A stretch of DNA of 64,000 nt from an uncultured Acidobacteriota bacterium (GCA_963788435.1 CAWBIG010000032.1:1864-65863); one strand, 5' to 3'. Positions 35,150 to 45,525 are shown, counted from the first letter of the stretch. Notes: generated by a model from the sequence alone, not told the origin. Translations and numbers: made by a program.

Positions 35150-35970
35150 GCGCACAGGTCCAGCTCGCGCCTGCGGAAAGCCAGGAGCCCGTGGTGGCCT
35201 TCCGAGACGTGAGGGTAAGCTTCGACGGAGACCCTGTGCTGGACGGGGTCAGTTTTACCGTTGGCCCACGCGAGACGCGGGTGCTGCTGGGACCTGCCGG
35301 AGTGGGCAAGAGCGTTCTGTTGAAAACAGCGAATGGCCTGTTGCGCCCCGAATCCGGCAGTGTATTTCTCCTTGGAGAAGAAATCTCCCACATGCGCGAG
35401 TCAGAATTATTTCCCCTCCGCCTGCGCACCGGCATGGTTTTTCAGGAGGGGGCCCTGTTCGACTCGCTCAGCGTGCGCGACAACGTGGCGTACCAGTTGA
35501 TCCAGGAACGGGTGCCCGACGAGGCGATTGACGAGCGAGTCCGCGAGGCGCTGCGATTTGTGGGCCTGGAAGCCACCTTCTCACTGTATCCGGGGAGTCT
35601 TTCCGGGGGCATGCGGCGGCGCGTGGCCATTGCGCGGGCGCTCATCCGCCAGCCGGAGCTGCTGCTTTACGACTCGCCTACCGGGGGCCTGGACCCGGTG
35701 ACTTCGACCACCATCATCGAGCTCATCGTGAAGCAGCGCGATCATTACCGGACGCCGTCGATCCTGGTGACCCACCGGCTGCAGGACGCATTCACCATGT
35801 GCACGCACCACTTCGATACCGGGGCCGATGCGATGGTACCGCTGCCGGAGGGGCACGTCGACCCCAACACCACATTCCTGATGCTGAACGAGCGGAAGGT
35901 CATCTTCGACGGCTCTCTGCACGACCTGGTTCACTCCACGGATCCGTTCGTGCGCGAGTTTCTGGAGTAG
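35146..35970 (+). CDS. mlaF: MlaF-family ABC transporter ATP-binding protein
   Basis: ATGA overlap with mlaE. Walker A GPAGVGKS, signature LSGGMRRRVAIARAL, Walker B LLLYDSPTGGLD. Confidence 0.88.
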   Translation: MSAQVQLAPAESQEPVVAFRDVRVSFDGDPVLDGVSFTVGPRETRVLLGPAGVGKSVLLKTANGLLRPESGSVFLLGEEISHMRESELFPLRLRTGMVFQEGALFDSLSVRDNVAYQLIQERVPDEAIDERVREALRFVGLEATFSLYPGSLSGGMRRRVAIARALIRQPELLLYDSPTGGLDPVTSTTIIELIVKQRDHYRTPSILVTHRLQDAFTMCTHHFDTGADAMVPLPEGHVDPNTTFLMLNERKVIFDGSLHDLVHSTDPFVREFLE

Positions 35971-36078
35971 CCGCCACTGTTTGTGTGAGGTTCCCATGCC
36001 TGGGCCGGGCGCGGCTTCCTATGCGGCCGTGGAGTCTGCTAGCCTTGCTGTTTCGGATTCATTCCGTATAGCAGGTGC

Positions 36079-37260
36079 GTGATGGCATTCAAGTTTCATG
36101 GTGTCGATTTTCTCGGTCTTGATTCCAGCTTCAGCGAAGACGAACTGATGGTGCGGCGCACGGCGCGCGATTTTGTTGAAGACAATCTGATTCCAATCAT
36201 CGAGGGGTGCTTTCGCGAGGGGCGTTTTCCCCGCGAACTGGTGCCCATGATGGGCGAGATGGGCTTTTTCGGGGCGAACCTGGAGGGCTACGGCTGCGCC
36301 GGCATGTCCAACGTGGAGTACGGGTTGGTGATGCAGGAACTGGAGCGCGGCGACTCCGGCGTCCGCAGTTTCGTCAGCGTGCAGTCGGCGCTGGTGATGT
36401 ACCCGATCTACACCTTCGGTTCGTCCGAGCAAAAGAATACGTGGCTGCCCGCACTGGCCACCGGAGAGAAGCTCGGCTGCTTCGGGCTGACGGAGCCGGA
36501 GTTTGGCTCCAACCCCGGTGGTATGAAGACCACCGCGCGCAAATCCGGTGACGGATATGTGCTGAACGGCGAGAAGATGTGGATCACGTCAGGGCACATC
36601 GCGGATGTGGCCGTGGTGTGGGCCAGGGTGGAGGATGAGGACAACAAGGTGCGCGGATTCCTGGTGGAGACGGACCGGCCGGGATTCAAGGCCTACGACG
36701 TGCACGGCAAATGGTCTCTGCGGGCGTCGGTGACCAGCGGGCTATCGCTCCAGGACGTGCACGTGCCGGCGGCCAACTTGATGCCGGGCACAGGAGGGCT
36801 GAAGAGCCCGCTGATGTGCCTGAACCAGGCGCGTTACGGCATCAGTTGGGGAGCGCTCGGCGCGGGAATGTCCTGCTACGACACCGCGCTCCAGTACGCC
36901 AAGACGCGGAAGCAGTTCCGTAACCAGCCCATCGCGAGCCATCAACTGGTGCAGGATAAGTTGGTGTGGATGATCAGCGAGATCTCCAAGGGGCAGTTAC
37001 TCAGCCTTCATGTGGGGCGCTTGAAAGACGCGGGCACAGTTGGCCACCAGCACATATCCATGGCCAAGCGGAACAACGTTTGGATGGCTCTCGAATGCGC
37101 CAGGCTTGCCCGCGACATACTGGGTGCGAACGGAATTACGGAGGACTATCCCATCATGCGCCACATGATGAACCTCGAGTCAGTGAAGACCTACGAGGGC
37201 ACGCACGACATTCACGCGCTGGTGATTGGACAGAGCATCACCGGCATCGGCGCTTATTGA
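36079..37260 (+). CDS. gcdH: Glutaryl-CoA dehydrogenase
   Basis: End-to-end resemblance to GCDH (GYGCAGMSNVEYGL..ELERGDSG.RS..SVQS.LVM.PIY.FGS.EQK...LP.LA.GE.LGCFGLTEP..GS.P..M.T.A, RNN..KAL..AR.ARD.LG.NGI.D.Y...RH..NLE.V.TYEGT.DIHAL..G...TG). The start is GTG 36079 or ATG 36082. Confidence 0.9.
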   Translation: MMAFKFHGVDFLGLDSSFSEDELMVRRTARDFVEDNLIPIIEGCFREGRFPRELVPMMGEMGFFGANLEGYGCAGMSNVEYGLVMQELERGDSGVRSFVSVQSALVMYPIYTFGSSEQKNTWLPALATGEKLGCFGLTEPEFGSNPGGMKTTARKSGDGYVLNGEKMWITSGHIADVAVVWARVEDEDNKVRGFLVETDRPGFKAYDVHGKWSLRASVTSGLSLQDVHVPAANLMPGTGGLKSPLMCLNQARYGISWGALGAGMSCYDTALQYAKTRKQFRNQPIASHQLVQDKLVWMISEISKGQLLSLHVGRLKDAGTVGHQHISMAKRNNVWMALECARLARDILGANGITEDYPIMRHMMNLESVKTYEGTHDIHALVIGQSITGIGAY

Positions 37261-37288
37261 GCGCGAAGAGCGTCGAAGCAAACAGAAC

Positions 37289-37326
37289 GGGCCTGCCTTT
37301 CATCGAGGCAGGCCCGTCATCTTTTT
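37289..37326. terminator. Bidirectional rho-independent terminator between convergent genes
   Basis: GGGCCTGCC-N9-GGCAGGCCC is a 9-bp stem followed by GTCATCTTTTT. Confidence 0.75.
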
Positions 37327-37336
37327 GGGCGAATCG

Positions 37337-38521
37337 CTAGTCGAGAGGCGCCGGCGATGTACCCAGCCGCTGGACCGCAAATCCGTAGTAGTTCTGCTGC
37401 GGCAGCTCTGCCCGATACGCCTGCGTCACTGAGGTCGAGGTGGCCGTGTAGATTTGCCAATACAGCGGGCCTGCCGGTCCCGATGGCGGAAGGTCCTCGG
37501 TGATGGTAATGAAATGATGTTGGTCATCCCACCCGACAATCCACACCAGGGTGCCGGCGGTGGTGTTTGTCTGGCTGTTATAAAGCCCGGGGGCGTAAAG
37601 CTGTTTGTAGTTTGTAACTGGCTTGGACCCGTTGAAGTGGTACAAATCCAACCCAAAGCCAGCCAGGGCAAGGATAGAGCCGTCCGGAGAGAAGTACATT
37701 TGCTGGTAGTTATCCGGCCATAGGTTCGTGCGCACCAGCGTCTTTCCATCGTTCGAGTGCTGCGTCAGGTTGCCATTGGAGGTGACAAGCCACGACTGGA
37801 GCTGGCCGTTGTTGCCGAGAACCGCCAGGTTGCTCAGCGGATCGGTGTCCAGGTAGTTGCCGTCGAATCCGGCATCCGTCGCATTCCCCAGGAGCCTCAG
37901 CGTCTTGTTTCCGGCAACCAGGTACTCATAATTGTTCTCATCGAACGCGTATTTGTCGTCGCCGGTGAAATGAATGGTGGTTGTGTCCTGGCCATGGAAC
38001 GGAGTCTCGCCGAGGAAATCAAGGGCGCCGGTCTCATGGTTCACCTCGAACGTCATCACGCTGTATTGGCTGTACAGGTCCGAGCCGCCGGTCACGCCCA
38101 CGTAGAGAAACTGGCCGGAGTGGTCCAGAGCCAGAGGTCCATACAAATAGTGCGGGCCTGTGGTCGTTGAGGACGTCGCGGCCGGCGTGGTCTGTACCTT
38201 CGTCAAAGCGCCGTCGGAAGCGATGCGATAGGTAATGATGTTCTGCCACGTCGGATTGTCTGCGTTTCCCCAGCTTATGCCGAACAGGTAAGCCCCATTG
38301 CATGCGGTGTAGTAATTGATGCCATCGCCCACGCCGAACGGCTGGCCGGGAATGGGCGTCAGCTTGCCGCTGGAGGAAAGCGCGTAGCCGTAGATGGCCT
38401 GCACTGATGACTTGGTGCTGGGAACGTCGGCGGATTCGTAGACATACGCAGCCGTGCTTGCATAAGCGGCTGATGCGGTACCAAGCGCAAGTAGCGCCAG
38501 TCCTGCCTGTAGATAATTCAC
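37337..38521 (-). CDS. Secreted hypothetical protein, possibly a beta-propeller (lactonase-like) fold
   Basis: Signal peptide MNYLQAGLALLALGTASAAYA. Tyr/Asn/Thr/Gly-rich with repeated strand-turn blocks (..LYGPLALDHSGQFLYVG.., ..MYFSPDGSILALAG..). No motif was recognised. Confidence 0.6.
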   Translation of the reverse strand: MNYLQAGLALLALGTASAAYASTAAYVYESADVPSTKSSVQAIYGYALSSSGKLTPIPGQPFGVGDGINYYTACNGAYLFGISWGNADNPTWQNIITYRIASDGALTKVQTTPAATSSTTTGPHYLYGPLALDHSGQFLYVGVTGGSDLYSQYSVMTFEVNHETGALDFLGETPFHGQDTTTIHFTGDDKYAFDENNYEYLVAGNKTLRLLGNATDAGFDGNYLDTDPLSNLAVLGNNGQLQSWLVTSNGNLTQHSNDGKTLVRTNLWPDNYQQMYFSPDGSILALAGFGLDLYHFNGSKPVTNYKQLYAPGLYNSQTNTTAGTLVWIVGWDDQHHFITITEDLPPSGPAGPLYWQIYTATSTSVTQAYRAELPQQNYYGFAVQRLGTSPAPLD

Positions 38522-38803
38522 TTGTAAACCCCTTTATTTAACCCCGAAACACACGCGGCACAGTCAGCCGCTGACGGACGCTTGAAACACTTGCTGGATT
38601 TTGTCGAGAGAGAGAGTTGACTTCCTGCTTGAGTAGATGCCCGGGACGATCCTCCCGTTGTCTTCGTCGTCGAGGCGGCCGGTTCTGTCGTTTCTGCATG
38701 ACCGCGTTGCATTGGTCGGGACGCTATCAATTGCGCGATCCTCCAGAATGCGGCGATGGGAAACTGATCGACAACCCGAGGCGGATGCGGCATAGTCGTA
38801 TGC

Positions 38804-40117
38804 ATGCGGAAATCAGAGACTCATCTTGGTTTGTTCTGCCGCGCAGCTTTGGCCGCAGGCCCCGTGTTTGCAGCCGCAACTTTATTGATGGCACAACAGC
38901 CCGAAACTTCCACGCCCATTGTGCTCCATGCTGCCCGCCTGCTCAATGTGAGCGCAGGTACCGTTATCCAGCCAGGCGAGGTGCTGGTCGAGGGCGACCG
39001 CATCCAAGCCGCCGGCCAATCAGTCGATCATCCCCAAGGTGCGCGGGTTATCGAACTCGGCGACGTTACCCTGATGCCGGGCATGATCGACGCGCACGTG
39101 CACCTGTTCCTTCATCCCGGCGCTGAAGACCTGCAAACCGTGGAGGAGTCGGTACCGTGGCGCACAATCCTGGCGGAGCAGGCGGCAAAGGCTGACCTGA
39201 TGGGCGGATTTACCGCGGAGCGCGATATGGGCACCGAGGGCGCGGGTTCGGCCAGCACCTCCGTCCGCAACGCCATCAATGCGGGCATCATTCCCGGGCC
39301 GCGCATGCGGGTGTGCGCTAATGCCATCGACATCCTGGGCGGGCACGAAGACGCCAACCATTTCAACCCCGAACAGCACGTACTCTCCAATGCGGACCGC
39401 GCCAATAACGCCGAGGAGATCATCGAGACCATGCGCGAACAGCACAAGGAGGGCGCGGACTTTTTCAAGATTTACGAAACCGGGCCCGATCGCATGATCG
39501 ACGGCGACTTCCACACTCCTTACCAATACACCGAGGCGCAACTGGCCGCGGCGGTGGAAGAGGCAAAGCGAATCGGCACCAATATTGGCGTCCACGATCA
39601 GGGCGAGCCGGGCACTCTCTATGCCGCTGAGGCGGGCGTTGCCTCCCTCGATCACGCCACGCAGTTGAGCGACGAAACCATGCGGCTGATGAAGGAGAAG
39701 GGCATCTTCGCCGTGCCTACGTTTGCCATCTTCGAATATTTCGCCGATCACGCGCCCGACGCAGCGCAAGCGGCGCGCGAGCATGCGATGCTCGACTACA
39801 AGATCAAGGAATTCAAGAAGCAGGTTGCCGCCGGAGTTCCTTTTGCGGTGGGCTCCGACGTAGGGCCGTTCCCGCACGGCACGCAGGCGCGGGAACTGGT
39901 GTTGATGGTCCAGTACGGAATGACGCCGTCCGCGGTGCTGCAGGCGGACTTGATCAATGGAGCCAAGCTGCTGCGGTGGGAAGGTCACATTGGAGAACTG
40001 AAGCCCGGCTACCTTGCCGACGTGATCGCCGTCAAAGGCAATCCGCTTGACGACATCTCGGCGGTTACGCGGGTGAGCTTCGTGATGAAAGGCGGAGTGG
40101 TAGAGAAGACGGATTAG
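38804..40117 (+). CDS. Metal-dependent amidohydrolase family protein, secreted
   Basis: Signal peptide, MPGMIDAHVHLF metal-binding HxH motif, and a later HDQG / SD(V)GPFPHG region typical of the Amidohydro_1 fold. Confidence 0.8.
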   Translation: MRKSETHLGLFCRAALAAGPVFAAATLLMAQQPETSTPIVLHAARLLNVSAGTVIQPGEVLVEGDRIQAAGQSVDHPQGARVIELGDVTLMPGMIDAHVHLFLHPGAEDLQTVEESVPWRTILAEQAAKADLMGGFTAERDMGTEGAGSASTSVRNAINAGIIPGPRMRVCANAIDILGGHEDANHFNPEQHVLSNADRANNAEEIIETMREQHKEGADFFKIYETGPDRMIDGDFHTPYQYTEAQLAAAVEEAKRIGTNIGVHDQGEPGTLYAAEAGVASLDHATQLSDETMRLMKEKGIFAVPTFAIFEYFADHAPDAAQAAREHAMLDYKIKEFKKQVAAGVPFAVGSDVGPFPHGTQARELVLMVQYGMTPSAVLQADLINGAKLLRWEGHIGELKPGYLADVIAVKGNPLDDISAVTRVSFVMKGGVVEKTD

Positions 40118-40327
40118 TCAGCGGCCGGCGCTCTTTTTCTGCCGTTTGGTCAGGACCTTTTCCAACGCGTTCCGGTAACGCTCTGGCTGCGGCTGCTCCA
40201 TCGACTCTTTGATCGCTTTGCGGTATCCGCCCAGGAAGATGGAGTACATGATGGCAAGCGAGCAGCCGATGCCCCACATGAACCCAAAAATCAGGCCGAT
40301 CGCCGCGGCTGGGCCAAAGTCGATCAT
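40118..40327 (-). CDS. Small two-helix membrane protein (69 aa)
   Basis: MIDFGPAAAIGLIFGFMWGIGCSLAIMYSIFLGGYRK... with a basic tail. ATG at 40327 with GGGGAAAGG upstream. It is wedged with zero spacing between the mqn gene and the convergent amidohydrolase stop. Confidence 0.5.
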   Translation of the reverse strand: MIDFGPAAAIGLIFGFMWGIGCSLAIMYSIFLGGYRKAIKESMEQPQPERYRNALEKVLTKRQKKSAGR

Positions 40328-40354
40328 CGCGAAGCCTTTCCCCGCCGACTCCAA

Positions 40355-41506
40355 CTAAACCACAACAACAAAGCTGTCCTCGGTTCGGGTAACCGCGTGG
40401 TAAAGCGTGTCGCGTTCGACGGGAACGCGCCCGGCCTCGGTGATCAACCGGCAAAGCTCCTTGCGCGGCATGCCCTGTGGAGTGGTGGCGCCGGCATCGT
40501 GGTAGATCTTTTCTTCGATCACCGTTCCGTCCAGATCATCGGCGCCGAAACGCAACGCGATCTGCGCAATCTTGGGCGTCATCATCTGCCAGTACGCCTT
40601 GATATGGGCAAAGTTGTCCAGCAGCAGGCGGCTCACCGCAATCTGCCGGATGTCGGTCAACCCGGTAGTCACGGGCAGGTGATCGAGCGGCGTGTTCTCC
40701 GGATGGAACGCCAGCGGAATGAATGTCTGGAACCCGCCGGTTTCGTCCTGAAGGGAGCGCAGTTTGAGCAGGTGGTCGACGCGGTCTTCATCGTTCTCAA
40801 TGTGACCGTAGAGCATGGTCGCGTTAGTGCGGAACCCCAGCTTGTGCGCAAGACGAGCGGTCTCGAGCCACTCGTCGCCGTCGATCTTGTGGTCGCAGAT
40901 GATGGACCGCACGCGTGGCGCGAAGATCTCCGCGCCTCCGCCAGGCATTGAATCCACTCCTGAATCGCGCAGCTTGCGGAGAGTTTCCTCGATGGGTAGC
41001 TTGGCTCTGCGGGCCAGGTAGGCGACTTCAACCATCGTAAAAGCCTTGATGTGCACTTTGGGAAATCGCTCTTTGAGCCCGCGCACCAGGTCCAGGAAAT
41101 ACTCAAGCGGCAGGTCCGGATGCAGGCCGCCGACAATATGAAACTCCGTCACCGCCTCCGAGTACCCGGATGCCGCCGTTTGCCATGCTTCTTCGAGGGC
41201 CATGGTGTAGCCCGCAGGGTCGCCCTTTTTGCGCCCGAACGCGCACAGCTTGCAAGCCGCCACGCACACGTTGGTCGGGTTGATGTGGCGATTGACGTTG
41301 AAAAAAGTCACGTCGCCGTGCAGGCGCTCACGGACTTGATTGGCCAGCCAACCCACGGCCAGCACATCCCGCGTCCCATAGAGCGCAAGGCCATCCTCGG
41401 CGCTCAGACGCTCCCCGGCGAAGACTCTGCCGGCAATCGGCCCGAGGCGCGGGTCGTAGGTGCGGAAACCGTGGCGGGCGCCGGCAGCGGTTGTTTCAGC
41501 CTGCAT
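40355..41506 (-). CDS. mqnE: Radical SAM menaquinone (futalosine pathway) enzyme, MqnE/MqnC family
   Basis: CxxxCxxC cluster motif (NVCVAACKLCAF), a FHIVGGLHPD block, 383 aa. I cannot discriminate MqnE from MqnC by eye. Confidence 0.7.
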   Translation of the reverse strand: MQAETTAAGARHGFRTYDPRLGPIAGRVFAGERLSAEDGLALYGTRDVLAVGWLANQVRERLHGDVTFFNVNRHINPTNVCVAACKLCAFGRKKGDPAGYTMALEEAWQTAASGYSEAVTEFHIVGGLHPDLPLEYFLDLVRGLKERFPKVHIKAFTMVEVAYLARRAKLPIEETLRKLRDSGVDSMPGGGAEIFAPRVRSIICDHKIDGDEWLETARLAHKLGFRTNATMLYGHIENDEDRVDHLLKLRSLQDETGGFQTFIPLAFHPENTPLDHLPVTTGLTDIRQIAVSRLLLDNFAHIKAYWQMMTPKIAQIALRFGADDLDGTVIEEKIYHDAGATTPQGMPRKELCRLITEAGRVPVERDTLYHAVTRTEDSFVVVV

Positions 41507-41578
41507 AACTAGTAATGATACAGAAAATCGGGGCTGAACGCGTCTTTACCGGTTCGGTGGATTCACCAATCGGGCCCA

Positions 41579-43588
41579 TCACTTTTCACTGGTTTGGGTG
41601 TTCACCGAATTGGGTTCCATCAGCACGCCGTCATCGAGCGATGCAGCCATCAGCCGGGCGCCGGCCGGGCGTACCAGCAGCAGCTTATATCCCGTTTGCC
41701 GCCATTTCCAATCCAGCGTTGCCACATTGATGGCGTAAATAAAGTCGCTCGCGCGCGAACTCACCAGGATCGTATTCTGCTGTGGATCGAAGTACAGATC
41801 GCTTACGTCCACCATGGGAAGCCGATGCACCCACATCCACGATTTTCCCATGTCCCGGGTAAAGTAGACGCCTTCCCGCGAGCCTAGCCACAACGATCCA
41901 TCCGCGGCAAACGCCACGCTGTGAATCCGGGTGACCGCAGTCGGAATGCCGATCGGCCACCAGGACTGGCCGGCATCGTTGGAGACGATGACGCCGTCTT
42001 GCCTTGCGGCAATCAGCGCTGTTCCATGCGCGGTCACGGAGATGTAGTCGCCCAGGCCCATGACTGGACCACCCTGCCAACTGGCGCCCTTGTCTTTGCT
42101 GGTAAACAGTCCGCCGCTGGTTGCCGCCATCCACGCCGGCCCGGATAGATCCAGCGCGTACACCCGGCTATCCAACTCGCGCACCGGTTCCTTCACCTTC
42201 TTTTCCACGGTCACGCGATGACCACGCACCGTCTCGTTGAACGGCTTTTCCGTGGTGTTCGCAATCTTGTTCCCGGCCTGCCACGTGCCGTCGTTGAGCG
42301 TGAAGATTCCGCTGTTTGTACCCGCAAGGATTTCCCCGTCCGGCGACTGCGCCAAAGCGAACACGTCGCGCCCGCCCAGCCCATCGGCCAGGTGCTTCCA
42401 CTGTGCCCCGCCGTCGGTGGAAGCGAACACGCCACCATATTCCTTGTCGTTCACCACGCCGGCATAGACGCACATGGGATCCTGGCGGTCGACGATCAGC
42501 GCCTCCACCTTGCGCGCGGAAAACCCCTGATTGGTGGCTTCGAATGTCTCGCCGGCGTTCTCGCTTGTCAGCACTCCGCCGCGATCGGTGGCCAGCAACA
42601 CCCGTTGCGGGTCAGCCGGGTCCACGTAAACGTCATTGATGATGACATCGTCCCCGGTCATCCGGCGAAATGTCCGCCCGCCATCCGTGGTTTTGTAGAG
42701 CCCTTCCGTGGTGCCCGCGTAGACCGTTTCCAGGTGGTTCGGATCCTGGCGAAGCACTCGCGTCCTGCGCGCGTCCGACGGAATTCCCTGGATCTTGCGG
42801 AAACGCAAACCGGCGTTCTCGCTCTTGTAAATTCCGCTGCAGGCGCTCAGGTAGAGGATGTTGGGGCGATCCGGATCGACAACCATGGAGAACACGTCGG
42901 AATCGACAATAAGACCCTGCTTGATGATCTCCCAGTGCGCGCCTCCATCGGCGGTCTTCCACGGCAGATGCCAGGTTCCCGCATAAATGACCTCGGGATT
43001 GCGCGGATCGATTGCCACGGACTCGACCTCGTGAATCTCGCGACTCCCCTCAGGGCTGATCAACTGCCATGTCGCCCCAGCGTCGCTCGAGCGGAACACT
43101 CCCTGCAATGTGCCGGCGATCAGGATGCGCGGATCGGAAGGCGCCTGGGCGAAGGCTCTGATGGATTGCCCGTGAAGCCCGGGCAACTCCTGCCACGTCC
43201 TGCCCGCATCGTGGCTGATCCACAAGCCACCATCCGGATGATCGAATTTCCACGCGGCCGCATACAGCGTCTGCGGATCGTCCCGCTCGACAACAATGTG
43301 ATCGATCACCAGGTCGTTGGTAGAGTCAAGCTTGGCCAGCCGGCGCCAGTGGGCACCCTCGTCGGTGGATTCGTAAATGAAGCTCTCGGTCGTACCAAGA
43401 TAGAGGTGGTCAGGCTGCCCCGGCACGGCCGCAATTGCGCGCGCATCGCCGCCGTCGGGTCCCACCGGGCTCCAGGGTTCTTGTCCGAGCGCGGCATTCA
43501 TGCCTGCTACAAAAAAGGCCCCAATAATAGCAGCACAGCAAAGGTGAGCTCGTGCCTTCGATTTCAACTGAGGAAGCAATCGTTCCAT
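41579..43588 (-). CDS. BNR/Asp-box repeat (sortilin/Ycf48-like) double beta-propeller protein, secreted
   Basis: Ten or more SxDxGxTW-type Asp boxes (STDEGAHW, SHDAGRTW, SSDAGATW, TADGGAHW, TTDGGRTF, STDGGAQW, SKDKGASW, SNDAGQSW, TRDMGKSW). ATG at 43588. Confidence 0.85.
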   Translation of the reverse strand: MERLLPQLKSKARAHLCCAAIIGAFFVAGMNAALGQEPWSPVGPDGGDARAIAAVPGQPDHLYLGTTESFIYESTDEGAHWRRLAKLDSTNDLVIDHIVVERDDPQTLYAAAWKFDHPDGGLWISHDAGRTWQELPGLHGQSIRAFAQAPSDPRILIAGTLQGVFRSSDAGATWQLISPEGSREIHEVESVAIDPRNPEVIYAGTWHLPWKTADGGAHWEIIKQGLIVDSDVFSMVVDPDRPNILYLSACSGIYKSENAGLRFRKIQGIPSDARRTRVLRQDPNHLETVYAGTTEGLYKTTDGGRTFRRMTGDDVIINDVYVDPADPQRVLLATDRGGVLTSENAGETFEATNQGFSARKVEALIVDRQDPMCVYAGVVNDKEYGGVFASTDGGAQWKHLADGLGGRDVFALAQSPDGEILAGTNSGIFTLNDGTWQAGNKIANTTEKPFNETVRGHRVTVEKKVKEPVRELDSRVYALDLSGPAWMAATSGGLFTSKDKGASWQGGPVMGLGDYISVTAHGTALIAARQDGVIVSNDAGQSWWPIGIPTAVTRIHSVAFAADGSLWLGSREGVYFTRDMGKSWMWVHRLPMVDVSDLYFDPQQNTILVSSRASDFIYAINVATLDWKWRQTGYKLLLVRPAGARLMAASLDDGVLMEPNSVNTQTSEK

Positions 43589-43716
43589 CCAGAACAAAGT
43601 TGATGCGGCTCAGTCCAGACTACGTTGTTTCTAAGTTCCCGGCAATGAACAGGCTGACCGGCGAACCGATCAGCCTCGATGTTTGCTCAGAATGCAGCCC
43701 CTTGCTTACCCGGCTG

Positions 43717-45525
43717 CTACCGCTTCGCCTTGGACTTCTTCCTGGGCGCCGAAGACGTTTCATCCAGAAGAGTAAGAGAATCCCTGGCATTGAACGGGAA
43801 CTGACGCACTGATTGTTCGCCTGTTGTGCTTAGAGTGATGTCGACACGACGGTTCTGGGCCAGAACAATGACGTTGAGCCTGCGCTCAACCCTGGCCCTC
43901 TCTGCATCGCTCAGATCAGGATTCTGTTGGATCAAGTCCTTCACCTGACCCGCAGTGAGTTCCTGCTCCTTGCCCACGCCATGTGTTTCGACGCTGGATT
44001 CGGGAATGCCCTGTTCGACCAAGAACTGTTTGGCTCGAGCAACACGACGATCGGACAGGGCCTGGTTGAATTCGACGGATCCGCGGACATCGGCATGCCC
44101 AGTCAGAATCAGGTGGGCATCCGGTTTGTACAGCAGATACTGCTTGAAATCCGCTGCCAGAGCAGTCAGCGTTCCCTTCTGGCTGGCAACGAGGCCGCCC
44201 GTTGGATCCTTCGCCGTTGGCTGAGCTGTCGGGAAGAAAACACTATGCAGAGCCAACCGAGCTGCCAGCGCCGGTGGCGGTTCCGGAGGCGGAGGAGGCG
44301 CCACAATCGTAATTGTCGCTGTGGACGAAGCCGAATGGCCCTTGTCGTCAGAGACGTTGCACGTAATCTCAACCGAACCCGCTGGAGCCCCTGCAGAGTT
44401 GTAAGTAGCGGCGGTGCCAGAGCCGCTTACTGAACCCGAAGGCGCCGTATAGCTGTAGGTCAGCGGCCGGTTCTGCGGACTCATCACTGTCGCGGTGATG
44501 GTCGAGCTGTCCCCGGGCTTCAGCGTCGTCGGATTGGCCGAGCAGCTGATCGTCGGCGGCTCAAACTCCTTCACCGTGAACGTCGCCGTCGATGCCGTCG
44601 CATTCTGCCAGGGCTTCATGCCTTCCTTGCCTGGCTTGCCTTCCTTGGCGTCACATTTCACCGTGTGTGTTCCCGGCGACAAACTCCCCGTGCTCACGGT
44701 CGCGGTGGTTCCGGTTTGGGCTCCATTGATCCCGTCACCTGAGATCGTCGCAATCACGTTCTCCTTCGGAATCTGGTTGCTCACCGTCGACGTCGCTGTC
44801 ACCGGGTCGCCAGGAAACAAACTGGTCGGGTTCACCGCGCAGGCCACCGTCAACTGCGGTGGCGGCGCGATGGAACCGGCATGAATCACAATCCCTGCGC
44901 TCAAACGGGCGGCGTTGATATTGGCACGCCCGCCGAAGGCGCCGGAGCCCCAGTTGTCATGCATGTATTCGTAATCGGCTTGGAAAAGGCGAATGGCCAG
45001 GGGGCGCCATGGCGTCTGGTAATCCAGACCGCCGCCACCGGTCAGATCGATACCTTCCTTGTATGGCTCGTGGTCCGGCCCGCCTATGCGCGCTCCTCCG
45101 ACCAGCCCGTGCACGAACGGAGTCATCGACCCCGTAGGCAACCGGAAAATCAATCCTCCGGACGTGGTCAGGAAGCCGTCATTACTACTCGAGCTATCCA
45201 CCCAAAGGTTGTGCGCAGCCACTTCCCCCTGTATGCCAGCGTACTTGTTGAAGTAGTACGCTACGCTCCCGATCGCGCCCTGGTCGGCTGAGTCGTAAGA
45301 AAATGTTCCCGTGGTTCCGTTTGGCTGAAGCACGTTCACGTATCCGTGCGGCGCCAGATAGCTGTACCCCAGAAAAATATCCCAGCGCGAGGGCGAGTCT
45401 GCGTACGACGCGGCCGTAGCGGCCGGCTTGGAACTCGCTTGCGCGTTCATAAGAACCGGCGCTGCTGCCAGGAGAAATCCCGCCAGCGCCCAAGTCACAG
45501 ATTTCACCCCATGCAAGTGCATCAT
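43717..45525 (-). CDS. OmpA-family outer membrane protein: N-terminal small barrel, two Ig-like repeats, C-terminal OmpA peptidoglycan-binding domain
   Basis: Signal peptide and a barrel-like N-domain. Two similar about 90-aa repeats (..CAVNPTSLFPGDPVTATSTV.. / ..CSANPTTLKPGDSSTITATV..), a PPPPPEPPP linker, and an OmpA_C motif (LTGHADVRGSVEFNQALSDRRVARAKQFLVEQGI). Confidence 0.85.
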   Translation of the reverse strand: MMHLHGVKSVTWALAGFLLAAAPVLMNAQASSKPAATAASYADSPSRWDIFLGYSYLAPHGYVNVLQPNGTTGTFSYDSADQGAIGSVAYYFNKYAGIQGEVAAHNLWVDSSSSNDGFLTTSGGLIFRLPTGSMTPFVHGLVGGARIGGPDHEPYKEGIDLTGGGGLDYQTPWRPLAIRLFQADYEYMHDNWGSGAFGGRANINAARLSAGIVIHAGSIAPPPQLTVACAVNPTSLFPGDPVTATSTVSNQIPKENVIATISGDGINGAQTGTTATVSTGSLSPGTHTVKCDAKEGKPGKEGMKPWQNATASTATFTVKEFEPPTISCSANPTTLKPGDSSTITATVMSPQNRPLTYSYTAPSGSVSGSGTAATYNSAGAPAGSVEITCNVSDDKGHSASSTATITIVAPPPPPEPPPALAARLALHSVFFPTAQPTAKDPTGGLVASQKGTLTALAADFKQYLLYKPDAHLILTGHADVRGSVEFNQALSDRRVARAKQFLVEQGIPESSVETHGVGKEQELTAGQVKDLIQQNPDLSDAERARVERRLNVIVLAQNRRVDITLSTTGEQSVRQFPFNARDSLTLLDETSSAPRKKSKAKR

